This document shows, piece by piece, positions 8,519 to 15,370 of a DNA stretch of 17,513 nt. Source of the DNA: Minisyncoccia bacterium. GTDB taxonomy: Bacteria > Patescibacteriota > Minisyncoccia > Phycocordibacterales > UBA918. How positions within the stretch are numbered: the stretch's first letter is position 1; each line of letters opens with the position of its first letter. Below the pieces are notes generated by a model that was not told the DNA's origin, searched no databases, and saw nothing but the letters and a program-made list of their open reading frames with translations. Where the stretch lies: the NCBI GenBank assembly GCA_964229335.1, contig CAXRCZ010000003.1, forward strand, positions 1 to 17,513. Reading direction: 5' to 3'. The position numbers were made by a program, and so were the translations under genes.

Positions 8519-9961
8519 ATGTCTGAACCCAACTCTCAGTCTAACCAATTTCTACGTATTTTCCGTGCAGCAGGACTAATCGCTCTCATTGGCTACTTGG
8601 CCTTTGTGGTGTACCAAAATGCTACTGCTGAATCCAATAACCCTTTTAAACTTGGTCTTGATTTGGCCGGTGGTTCACACCTGCTGTACGAGGCAGACAC
8701 GACCGGTATTGACCCCCTCGAAGTCGACGAGTTGATGGGAGTTCTGAAAGAGGTAATTGAGCGACGCATCAACATATTTGGGGTATCAGAGCCAATTGTA
8801 CAAGTCGAAAGCAGTAGTTTTGTTACGGACGAACCCACTCAAAGACTAGTAGTGGAACTGCCTGGAGTGACAGATGTTGAAGAAGCCGTGGCAGAGATTG
8901 GCCGTACACCACTACTGGAATTCAAGCTTATCGACCAAGAGATCTTAGCCAATCAACAAACCCTCGAGTCACTTGAGTCATTAGCACAAAGCCAAGGCAC
9001 TTCTACTGGTCGAGCCGAAATCGGCAATGTACGCGTCAACGGAGAAGTAATTGACGAGAACGCTAGTCCATATATTGATACTGGACTTACCGGGCGTTAT
9101 GTTGAATCAGCGGCCTTGGAATTTGCCGGCGGACAGTCAGGACAACTTTCAAACGAACCCTTGGTAGCGGTGCGTTTTACTGCTGAAGGGTCAGATTTAT
9201 TTGCCGAGATTACTAGTCAAAATGTTGGCGAACAGCTAGCCATCTTTCTTGATGGAGAAATGATTTCGGCTCCAGTAATCAACGAAGCTATTCCCGGAGG
9301 AACAGCTATAATCTCTGGTGGTTTTACTCCAGATGAAGCTCGCGCTCTAGCACAAAACCTCAACTTCGGAGCTTTGCCGGTACCGATAGAGCTGGTAAGT
9401 ACTCAAACCATCGGTCCTTCACTCGGTGCCGAAGTACTAGACAAGGGTCTCACTGCGGGAGTGATTGGTTTTAGCTTCGTTATTCTATTTATGATTGCGT
9501 GGTATCGATTGCCAGGAGTCGTGGCTAGTGTGGCATTGGTGTCATACGTGATTTTGATGTTAGCGCTGTTCCAATATATTCCAGTAACTTTGACGGCGGC
9601 TGGTTTGGCTGGATTTATTTTGTCACTCGGAATGGCTGTTGATGCTAATGTATTGGTCTTTGAACGAATGAAGGAAGAGATTAGAGCTGGAAAAAACAGC
9701 CGTGAAGCGGCAGTCGAAGGGTTCAATCGAGCCTGGAGTGCCATTCGAGACGGTAATATCACCAGCCTACTTTCAGCTATTATTCTGTTTTGGTTTGGTA
9801 CCTCACTCGTAAAAGGGTTCGCGTTAGTGTTTGGTATTGGGGTAATTATCTCTATGTTTTCTGCACTAGTCATTTCTCGGACTATCATGATGTCATTACC
9901 TGAAGTGCGTGCCGAAGACAAAAAAGCCATCAAGTTATTCGATAGCGGGATTTCCTTTTAG
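8519..9961 (+). CDS. secD: Protein translocase subunit SecD
   Basis: KLGLDLAGGSHL, ERRINIFGVSEP, LVVELPGV, AIFLDG, LNFGALPVP, IGPSLG, GMAVDANVLVFERMKEE, AIRDGNIT. Confidence 0.97.
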   Translation: MSEPNSQSNQFLRIFRAAGLIALIGYLAFVVYQNATAESNNPFKLGLDLAGGSHLLYEADTTGIDPLEVDELMGVLKEVIERRINIFGVSEPIVQVESSSFVTDEPTQRLVVELPGVTDVEEAVAEIGRTPLLEFKLIDQEILANQQTLESLESLAQSQGTSTGRAEIGNVRVNGEVIDENASPYIDTGLTGRYVESAALEFAGGQSGQLSNEPLVAVRFTAEGSDLFAEITSQNVGEQLAIFLDGEMISAPVINEAIPGGTAIISGGFTPDEARALAQNLNFGALPVPIELVSTQTIGPSLGAEVLDKGLTAGVIGFSFVILFMIAWYRLPGVVASVALVSYVILMLALFQYIPVTLTAAGLAGFILSLGMAVDANVLVFERMKEEIRAGKNSREAAVEGFNRAWSAIRDGNITSLLSAIILFWFGTSLVKGFALVFGIGVIISMFSALVISRTIMMSLPEVRAEDKKAIKLFDSGISF

Positions 9962-9964
9962 ACT

Positions 9965-10939
9965 ATGTTTGTTATCACACACAGAATTTTGTTTTTGTAT
10001 ATTGGAGCGGCCATCATGCTAGGTAGTATTGCTCTTATCAGTCTCCTAGGCGTCAGGGTTGGAATTGACTTTACGGGAGGTTCGTTACTAGAGGTCGCGT
10101 ACGACACAGCTCCTGAAAAACAATTGGTCGAAGCGGCACTCGGTGACTATGATTTAGGCGGTGTGTCGGTGAGAGAGTCAGTGAGCGAAGATGGTAGAGA
10201 TGCTTACTTTATTCAGACCCGCGATTTAAGTGAAGAAGAAAGGATTGCTATTGGAGCAGATGTAACGATGTTGGGAGAAGGAGGAGAGGTCAGTCGTTTC
10301 ACCTCGATTGGGCCAGTGATTGGTCAAGAGTTGGCAGACAAAGCGGTGTGGGCTATCGGAGCAGTAATGCTGATTATTGTGCTATATGTTGCCTTTGCGT
10401 TTGCCGGAATTGGCACCCCGGTTAGCTCATGGGTATATGGTGCCACAACTATCTTAGTGTTAGTACACGATGTATTGGTACCAGCAGCAGTAATGAGCTT
10501 GCTCGGAGTTTTGATTGGTGCCGAGATTGATGTCTTGTTTGTGATGGCTTTGCTAGCTGTGTTGGGATACTCGGTCAATGACACTATTGTAATCTTTGAC
10601 CGCGTACGCGAAAATCTCAAAGCCAATCGAACTGAAGAAAAGGAAACTATTGAAGTCGTCGGGGGAATGGATCGTGAAAAAATTACCTATACGCTAACAG
10701 CTCCATACGAAAAAATAGTCGGTGAAGCGGTGCGAGATAGTATGGCTCGCTCTATCAATACTTCACTAACTACGTTTGTTGCACTCACTGCCCTGTACTT
10801 CTTTGGCGGTTCGACCACCCAAGTATTTGCTCTTATCTTGATGGCGGGAGTAGCGGCCGGTGCGTACTCATCAATCTTCATCGCTAGTCCTCTGGTGGTG
10901 GCGTATGAAGAGTGGAAGCGTAAGAAAGAGGCTAAATAA
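9965..10939 (+). CDS. secF: Protein translocase subunit SecF
   Basis: GIDFTGGS, SIGPVIGQEL, LVHDV, LGYSVNDTIVIFDRVRE, RSINTSLTT, GAYSSIFIASP; starts 3 nt after the secD stop. Confidence 0.97.
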   Translation: MFVITHRILFLYIGAAIMLGSIALISLLGVRVGIDFTGGSLLEVAYDTAPEKQLVEAALGDYDLGGVSVRESVSEDGRDAYFIQTRDLSEEERIAIGADVTMLGEGGEVSRFTSIGPVIGQELADKAVWAIGAVMLIIVLYVAFAFAGIGTPVSSWVYGATTILVLVHDVLVPAAVMSLLGVLIGAEIDVLFVMALLAVLGYSVNDTIVIFDRVRENLKANRTEEKETIEVVGGMDREKITYTLTAPYEKIVGEAVRDSMARSINTSLTTFVALTALYFFGGSTTQVFALILMAGVAAGAYSSIFIASPLVVAYEEWKRKKEAK

Positions 10940-10944
10940 TCACT

Positions 10945-11019
10945 ATGGTGATAGGTATTACCGGAACTGACGGAGCGGGCAAGGGTGAGAAGGTTTGGGA
11001 AACCTTCGCAAGACCTTGA
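10945..11019 (+). other. 24-codon ORF whose first 14 codons duplicate the N-terminus (Walker A) of the downstream kinase
   Basis: ATG GTG ATA GGT ATT ACC GGA ACT GAC GGA GCG GGC AAG GGT... translates MVIGITGTDGAGKGEKVWETFARP*, versus MIIGITGTDGAGKGTVV at 11124. Confidence 0.85.
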
Positions 11020-11086
11020 CAGACGCCACTTTTCTTTAAGTGTGGTGTCGACAAGGTTTACTGCGGCCTGTAAGGCGCCCGTTCCG
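10971..11086. ncRNA. Putative structured RNA or insertion element (four-way junction) of unknown family
   Basis: Closing stem CGGAGCGGGC 10971-10980 / GCCCGTTCCG 11077-11086. Hairpin GAAGGTTT-GGG-AAACCTTC 10989-11007. Long hairpin 11008-11064 (AGACCTTG/CAAGGTTT and GACGCCAC/GTGGTGTC). Small hairpin GCCT-GTA-AGGC 11066-11076. The G-U pairs work on the + strand. Confidence 0.55.
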
Positions 11087-11123
11087 GCATAACTCAATTT
11101 TTGTTACCATAGAATACATATTT

Positions 11124-11681
11124 ATGATAATCGGAATCACAGGTACAGATGGCGCAGGGAAAGGAACGGTAGTCGAATATCTCATCCAGAAAAAAGGCTT
11201 CACTCACTTTTCTGCTCGTGCATTTTTGGTAGAAGAATTACAAAAAGCTGGCAATCAAAACTCTGTGCGCAACGACATGCGACTGATGGGAAACAAGCTG
11301 CGAGCCGAACATGGTGATGAATTCTTAGCCAAGCTGGCTCTAGAAAAAATTAAAGCTACAGGTATAGAAAACGCAGTCATTGAATCTCTCAGAGCCGTCG
11401 CAGAAGCCGAGTATATAAAACAACACGGCGGCATTCTACTTGCTGTAGACGCGGATGTGCACTTACGATTCAAGCGGGTGCAGGCTCGTCGCTCCGAGAG
11501 TGATAAAGTTGACTTTGCTACCTTTGTGGCTCAAGAAGAGTTAGAGAAAAACGACCCAGATCCTAACGGCATGCAAAAAGCCCGAGTGATGGAAATGGCC
11601 GATTATACGGTCACCAATAACGGCAGCGTTGAAGAACTACATACCCAAGTAGAAGAATTTTTAGGGAGTTTACAAGCATAG
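11124..11681 (+). CDS. P-loop nucleotide kinase (AAA family; dephospho-CoA kinase/UPF0200-like)
   Basis: MIIGITGTDGAGKGT Walker A at the N-terminus, VIESLR, RFKRVQAR, MADYTVTNNGSVEEL. ATG 11124 preferred over GTG 11040; TGTTACCAT extended -10-like motif at 11102-11110. Confidence 0.85.
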   Translation: MIIGITGTDGAGKGTVVEYLIQKKGFTHFSARAFLVEELQKAGNQNSVRNDMRLMGNKLRAEHGDEFLAKLALEKIKATGIENAVIESLRAVAEAEYIKQHGGILLAVDADVHLRFKRVQARRSESDKVDFATFVAQEELEKNDPDPNGMQKARVMEMADYTVTNNGSVEELHTQVEEFLGSLQA

Positions 11682-11693
11682 GAAACTTATATT

Positions 11694-11719
11694 GAATCAC
11701 CGCATTAATGCGGTGATTC
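11694..11719. promoter_or_regulatory. Perfect 26-bp palindrome, candidate operator for the AbrB-like gene
   Basis: GAATCACCGCATTAATGCGGTGATTC is its own reverse complement, has no U-tract, and lies just upstream of TGCTACTAT (11724-11732), which is followed by 6 nt and ATG 11739. Confidence 0.65.
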
Positions 11720-11738
11720 CCTATGCTACTATTTTTAT

Positions 11739-11924
11739 ATGCCGAGAAGAAAATTAGAAAATAGAAATATACGTACCCTTAACAAAACATCGGGCGGCAA
11801 AAGTTACGGTATCACTTTACCAATTGAAGCCATCCGCACGTTTCGCTGGCAGCGCAAACAAAAGCTTGAGTTGGTTATCGATGAAAAGCGTAAGCGGATT
11901 ATCATCCAAGATTGGGAAGGGTAG
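11739..11924 (+). CDS. Small AbrB/MazE/SpoVT-like DNA-binding protein
   Basis: 61 aa, basic; RTLNKTSGGKSYGITLPIEAIRTFRWQRKQKLEL...RIII fits the swapped-hairpin pattern (S-x-x-ITLP-x-x-x-x-R). Confidence 0.75.
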   Translation: MPRRKLENRNIRTLNKTSGGKSYGITLPIEAIRTFRWQRKQKLELVIDEKRKRIIIQDWEG

Positions 11925-11934
11925 TACTAATTAC

Positions 11935-12627
11935 TTAAGAAATTTTTGTACCGACGAATGACTGTTCGTCTAGGTATTTAATTACTTCGTCCAAAGCATT
12001 GCCGTTAATAATCGCTACTTCGATATCATTGTCTGCAGCATCTTTAGCCGCTACTGGATCAAATGGAGAAGATAGCCCGGGGTCCCACTCTTCGGGAATA
12101 AGTTTTCGAAAATCACTCCAAGATATTTGCTCAATTTTCTCAGCCGTTTCATCAACATTTGGATCAGCCGTATAGACGTAATCAATATTTGAAAGGTTGA
12201 TGACTTTTTTGGCGCCCACCAAACGAGCAATTTGAATGGCTCGCAAGTCAGTCGATGAGCCAGGACGATAGCCGGCTGCAATTACGACTGACTCATGCTC
12301 AGGCACGTCTAAAATGTCGTCGGGATTAGTAATTACCACTCGATGAGCCACGTCGCGAAATACTGTACGCAACAAATGACCGTTCAAGCGCGTAGCATGG
12401 ATACCCATCCAATCTAGGTCGTCGCCAGTCAGCTCAGTGACAGCGCTAGCGGCATCTTGATAATTACGGGCAGTACGCCCGCCACCAGCGATGATAATAA
12501 AACGACGGCCTAAAGCCGTCTCAGTTGCGATAAAAGATGTAAGGTTTTTGAGAAAGGTAGTATCAATTTCTCCAGGAACAATAAGTGAACCACCAACAGA
12601 CATCACTACAATTTCATTTTTAGACAT
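11935..12627 (-). CDS. pyrH: UMP kinase, archaeal-type subfamily
   Basis: VMSVGGSLI, GGGRTARNYQ, DWMGIHATRLNGHLL, RPGSSTD, NIDYVYTADP, PGLSSPFDPVAAK, FVGTKI. Confidence 0.92.
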   Translation of the reverse strand: MSKNEIVVMSVGGSLIVPGEIDTTFLKNLTSFIATETALGRRFIIIAGGGRTARNYQDAASAVTELTGDDLDWMGIHATRLNGHLLRTVFRDVAHRVVITNPDDILDVPEHESVVIAAGYRPGSSTDLRAIQIARLVGAKKVINLSNIDYVYTADPNVDETAEKIEQISWSDFRKLIPEEWDPGLSSPFDPVAAKDAADNDIEVAIINGNALDEVIKYLDEQSFVGTKIS

Positions 12628-12710
12628 AGCAATAGGTAGTGTACGATACTTTGCTTAGAGAGACAAAGTAGTAATTACATTAGAGGTAATATGTGCCATA
12701 ATGCAGGTAT

Positions 12711-13727
12711 ATGAAACCATCACCCGAATTAATCAAAGCTATCAAAGATCGCCTAGCTCTTGGGCATAGCCAAGAAGAAATTAAAGCTGAGTGTCTTGCT
12801 ACCGGCTACACCGAAGCTGAATTTACTGAAGCTTACAAAGAAGCTACCACAGAACCAGAATCTGCTAAAAAAGAAATCAAATTGACTAGCGCCAACAGTT
12901 TGCTTGGTGAGGGGATACAGAACTGGCGCCGGTATCTTGATTTGTGGCTAGTACTGGCTCTGGCTTTAATGATTGGTACTGTTGCTGAATACTTGATTAC
13001 TCTAGACCTTTCACCTTTGTTAGAGATTGCTTTGGTGGTCCTGATGATCGGAACATTTATTGCTTATATGATATTTAGCGGTATTGCACTGCATGTTACA
13101 GCTACGAAACCAGAGAAGACGACCTGGAACTCATCTGCTCGCTGGGTGTACCGGCATATTCTACCGCTAGTATGGCTCTATATTTTGACCAGCTTAGTGG
13201 TATGGGGTGGATTCTTCCTGTTTATCATTCCGGGAATCATCGTCTCAGTGTATTTATATCTGTCTCCCTATGTCTTGGTGCATGAAGAAAAGCGTGGTGA
13301 AAAAGCGATGCTGCGCAGTCGAGAGATAGTCTGGGGTCACTGGTGGCAGTTGTTGCGTAAGCTCGGCCTGCTATTTATCTATATATTCTTCTTTATGCTA
13401 GTGGTAGGTGCTGTCGCTACCTTGTTCGAGTATGTGCTACCACTCACTACAGCTGTGCTAGCCGGAGAACTACTATTGCAAGCCGCCTCAGCCGCTATTG
13501 TGATAGTCATGTTTTCAGTCGGAAATAGTCTATATCACCAAACAAAAGCCCTTCCTGTAACAGAGAAAGACACCCCTAATGGCACTATTCGCTACCGAAC
13601 CCTAGCGATGATTGGGTTATTGATGATTTTAGCCATGACTGCACTTATTGCATATCTGTTATATATGGGCGTTCCAGCAGAGTGGGACTGGACCTCACCA
13701 GCCAACGATACTATCATCAATCGCTAA
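12711..13727 (+). CDS. Integral membrane protein with a small N-terminal helical domain (resembles glycerophosphodiester phosphodiesterase membrane-domain-like proteins)
   Basis: Several hydrophobic helices; pattern LFIIPGIIVSVYLYLSPYVLVHEEKRGEKAMLRSREIVWGHWW; TGCCATAAT 8 nt upstream of the ATG. Confidence 0.75.
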   Translation: MKPSPELIKAIKDRLALGHSQEEIKAECLATGYTEAEFTEAYKEATTEPESAKKEIKLTSANSLLGEGIQNWRRYLDLWLVLALALMIGTVAEYLITLDLSPLLEIALVVLMIGTFIAYMIFSGIALHVTATKPEKTTWNSSARWVYRHILPLVWLYILTSLVVWGGFFLFIIPGIIVSVYLYLSPYVLVHEEKRGEKAMLRSREIVWGHWWQLLRKLGLLFIYIFFFMLVVGAVATLFEYVLPLTTAVLAGELLLQAASAAIVIVMFSVGNSLYHQTKALPVTEKDTPNGTIRYRTLAMIGLLMILAMTALIAYLLYMGVPAEWDWTSPANDTIINR

Positions 13728-13735
13728 CGAGATAA

Positions 13736-13765
13736 CTAAAAAGCCTTTAGAATAAGGCTTTTTAG
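13736..13765 (+). terminator. Intrinsic terminator, possibly bidirectional
   Basis: CTAAAAAGCCTT-tagaat-AAGGCTTTTTAG immediately after the stop at 13727. Confidence 0.75.
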
Positions 13766-13802
13766 GTCATTTTACGTATCTGTCTGTAAATAGGCTAGAG
13801 AC

Positions 13803-13831
13803 TTGCAATTTTGTAAAATCTATGCTATATT
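13803..13831 (+). promoter_or_regulatory. Sigma70-type promoter of the three-gene operon
   Basis: TTGCAA (13803-13808), 17-nt spacer ending in TGC, TATATT (13826-13831). Confidence 0.65.
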
Positions 13832-13905
13832 GTTGACAGCCCGGTTCTTTCGTTCTTCGAAAGACTGAATATCTAATACACACAAACAATTGAAAGGAAA
13901 GCGCT

Positions 13906-14586
13906 ATGCGCAATCTTATGATGTGGATCATGCTTTCGTCGCTCATGGCGCTCGGAATCATGCTTCCGACCACTGCTTCGGCTCGTGAGACGGTCGTACC
14001 GTTTATTACGGCCGAGCATTACATGAAAAACATTGCTCTCGACGAATACCGAACGAACCAGCGTGGATACTTCCGTTCTGAAGCGGCTTTCGACCTTCTG
14101 GTCGACTATGTCGCTGATGAAATCGGACAGCCGCTGACCGACGCCCAGTTCATTGCGCTTATGCGCAGTGACCAGGTGCGGGCACGTGATTGTCCGACGA
14201 GTGAAGTCATCAACACCGGCGCTCTGCGAGGAAATCAGTTCTACTGGTTTACTCGCCACTGTCGTCTTGGCGAACAAATCGTCCAGGCGAAGGTGCATGG
14301 CCGATGGATCGACCTGTTTTCCCTCAACTGCCTCAACGCAGTCGAGGACAAGACGCCGGTTCCATCGCCGCTCGTGTTCGTGCCGGCTCCTCCGGAGCCG
14401 CAGCCCAAACAATGTCGCTGGGTGGCAGTCTCGCAGACGGTGCGGCAAAATCTGCCGTATCAGCTGCCGAGCACGGCCATCCATGTGGGTTGCTGCAAAA
14501 GCTGCAGTCATACCCACTTCATCAATGGACAGCTGGTCGACTTCGGAACCTCCGGGTCGATCACCTACGAACAGGTCTGCGACTAA
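13906..14586 (+). CDS. Secreted Cys-rich hypothetical protein
   Basis: SD-like GAAAGGA; signal peptide ending TTASA; 8 Cys including GCCKSCSHTH; Pro-rich linker PVPSPLVFVPAPPEPQP. Confidence 0.8.
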   Translation: MRNLMMWIMLSSLMALGIMLPTTASARETVVPFITAEHYMKNIALDEYRTNQRGYFRSEAAFDLLVDYVADEIGQPLTDAQFIALMRSDQVRARDCPTSEVINTGALRGNQFYWFTRHCRLGEQIVQAKVHGRWIDLFSLNCLNAVEDKTPVPSPLVFVPAPPEPQPKQCRWVAVSQTVRQNLPYQLPSTAIHVGCCKSCSHTHFINGQLVDFGTSGSITYEQVCD

Positions 14587-14606
14587 GCAGATCAAGGAGA
14601 GATGAT

Positions 14607-15269
14607 ATGAAAATCATGAAGTACCCCACGGCCATCTTGACCGCCGTCTCCGTCAGTCTGGCCACCCCGGCCATGGCTGGCGACTTCGACGACGACAAGG
14701 CCGAGCTTCCGCTCGAGCTGAAGGTCGAAGACCTGATGGACGGTCGGAACGCCTACTTTGGCGACAGCCGCGACTACACCGTCATGCGCTTCAATCCGTT
14801 CACCTACCGGGTAACCGTCCGCGACGTCTACCGTCCGGACGGACACTTACAGAACGTCATGCGCATCACCGACTACTGTCTGACCGAAATGGGTCTGATT
14901 GAGGCGGTGCCTGAACGACAATGTGCCAATCCGGTCGGACCCATCATTTCGGTGAACGAGACCAATGGCAACGCGACGGCCGGCAGGCTGCTGATGGGTG
15001 CGCTCGGCGGGAGCCTTCAGGCTTTCACTGGCATCACTGCTCAGAGCCTGTTCGGTGGCTGCAACGGCAGCTGCGAAGGTCGTGGTAGCACCATCACCGT
15101 AACCGCGACCGGCGGCGCTGCCGTGGCAGAAGGTGGTGACGCTGCGTCAGCTGCCTCGGCTGCTCAGCAGCAGAACCAAGAGCAGGCACAAGCCATGACT
15201 CAGTCCCAGGCGCAAGCCGTGGACGCTGCTGGTCCGGGACCTTGTCCCACTGGAGGCGGTTGCGAGTAA
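14607..15269 (+). CDS. Secreted hypothetical protein with a Gly/Ala/Gln-rich C-terminus
   Basis: SD AAGGAGA at 14594-14600, ATG 14607 in frame with ORF 14304..15269; signal peptide MKIMKYPTAILTAVSVSLATPAMA; 6 Cys; tail AASAASAAQQQNQEQAQAMTQSQAQAV...CPTGGGCE. Confidence 0.8.
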   Translation: MKIMKYPTAILTAVSVSLATPAMAGDFDDDKAELPLELKVEDLMDGRNAYFGDSRDYTVMRFNPFTYRVTVRDVYRPDGHLQNVMRITDYCLTEMGLIEAVPERQCANPVGPIISVNETNGNATAGRLLMGALGGSLQAFTGITAQSLFGGCNGSCEGRGSTITVTATGGAAVAEGGDAASAASAAQQQNQEQAQAMTQSQAQAVDAAGPGPCPTGGGCE

Positions 15270-15277
15270 TCGCTCGA

Positions 15278-15335
15278 GCTATCGGGCGCGGATGCGATGG
15301 GGGAATTCTTCCCCAAAGCCACCGCGCCCGATAGC
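15278..15335. repeat. Strong intergenic hairpin without a U-tail
   Basis: Perfect 14-bp stem GCTATCGGGCGCGG / CCGCGCCCGATAGC enclosing an inner GGGGAA-ttc-TTCCCC stem. Confidence 0.75.
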
Positions 15336-15370
15336 CGCGGTATCGAATTCAACCAAATTGGAGATCAATC

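Noticed and set aside
10971-11086. tRNA, suggested by the cloverleaf-like layout
   Set aside because: Arm lengths are wrong, and there is no TTC-RA T-loop, D-loop GG context or 7-nt anticodon loop.
9403-11097. Antisense ORFs within secD and secF (9403..9933, 10324..10626, 10687..11097)
   Set aside because: Shadow frames opposite well-conserved membrane-protein genes, with no independent support.
11040-11123. N-terminal extension of the kinase from GTG 11040
   Set aside because: It runs through the structured element and a promoter-like motif; this family begins directly at the Walker A strand (ATG 11124).
10945-11165. Diversity-generating retroelement TR/VR pair
   Set aside because: Differences are not adenine-specific (ATT/ATC, GAC/GAT, GGC/GGG), the repeat is at a gene 5' end, and no reverse transcriptase is present in the window.
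11696-11717. Similarity of ATCACCGC to the phage lambda operator half-site
   Set aside because: Half-site spacing differs from lambda operators and there are no phage genes nearby; probably coincidence.
13873-14605. Antisense 240-aa ORF and alternative-frame 150-aa ORF over the first operon gene
   Set aside because: No recognisable motifs; long shadow ORFs are expected in GC-rich coding DNA.
14304-14606. Long N-terminal extension of the second operon gene
   Set aside because: It overlaps the previous gene by more than 280 nt; the SD and signal peptide point to ATG 14607.
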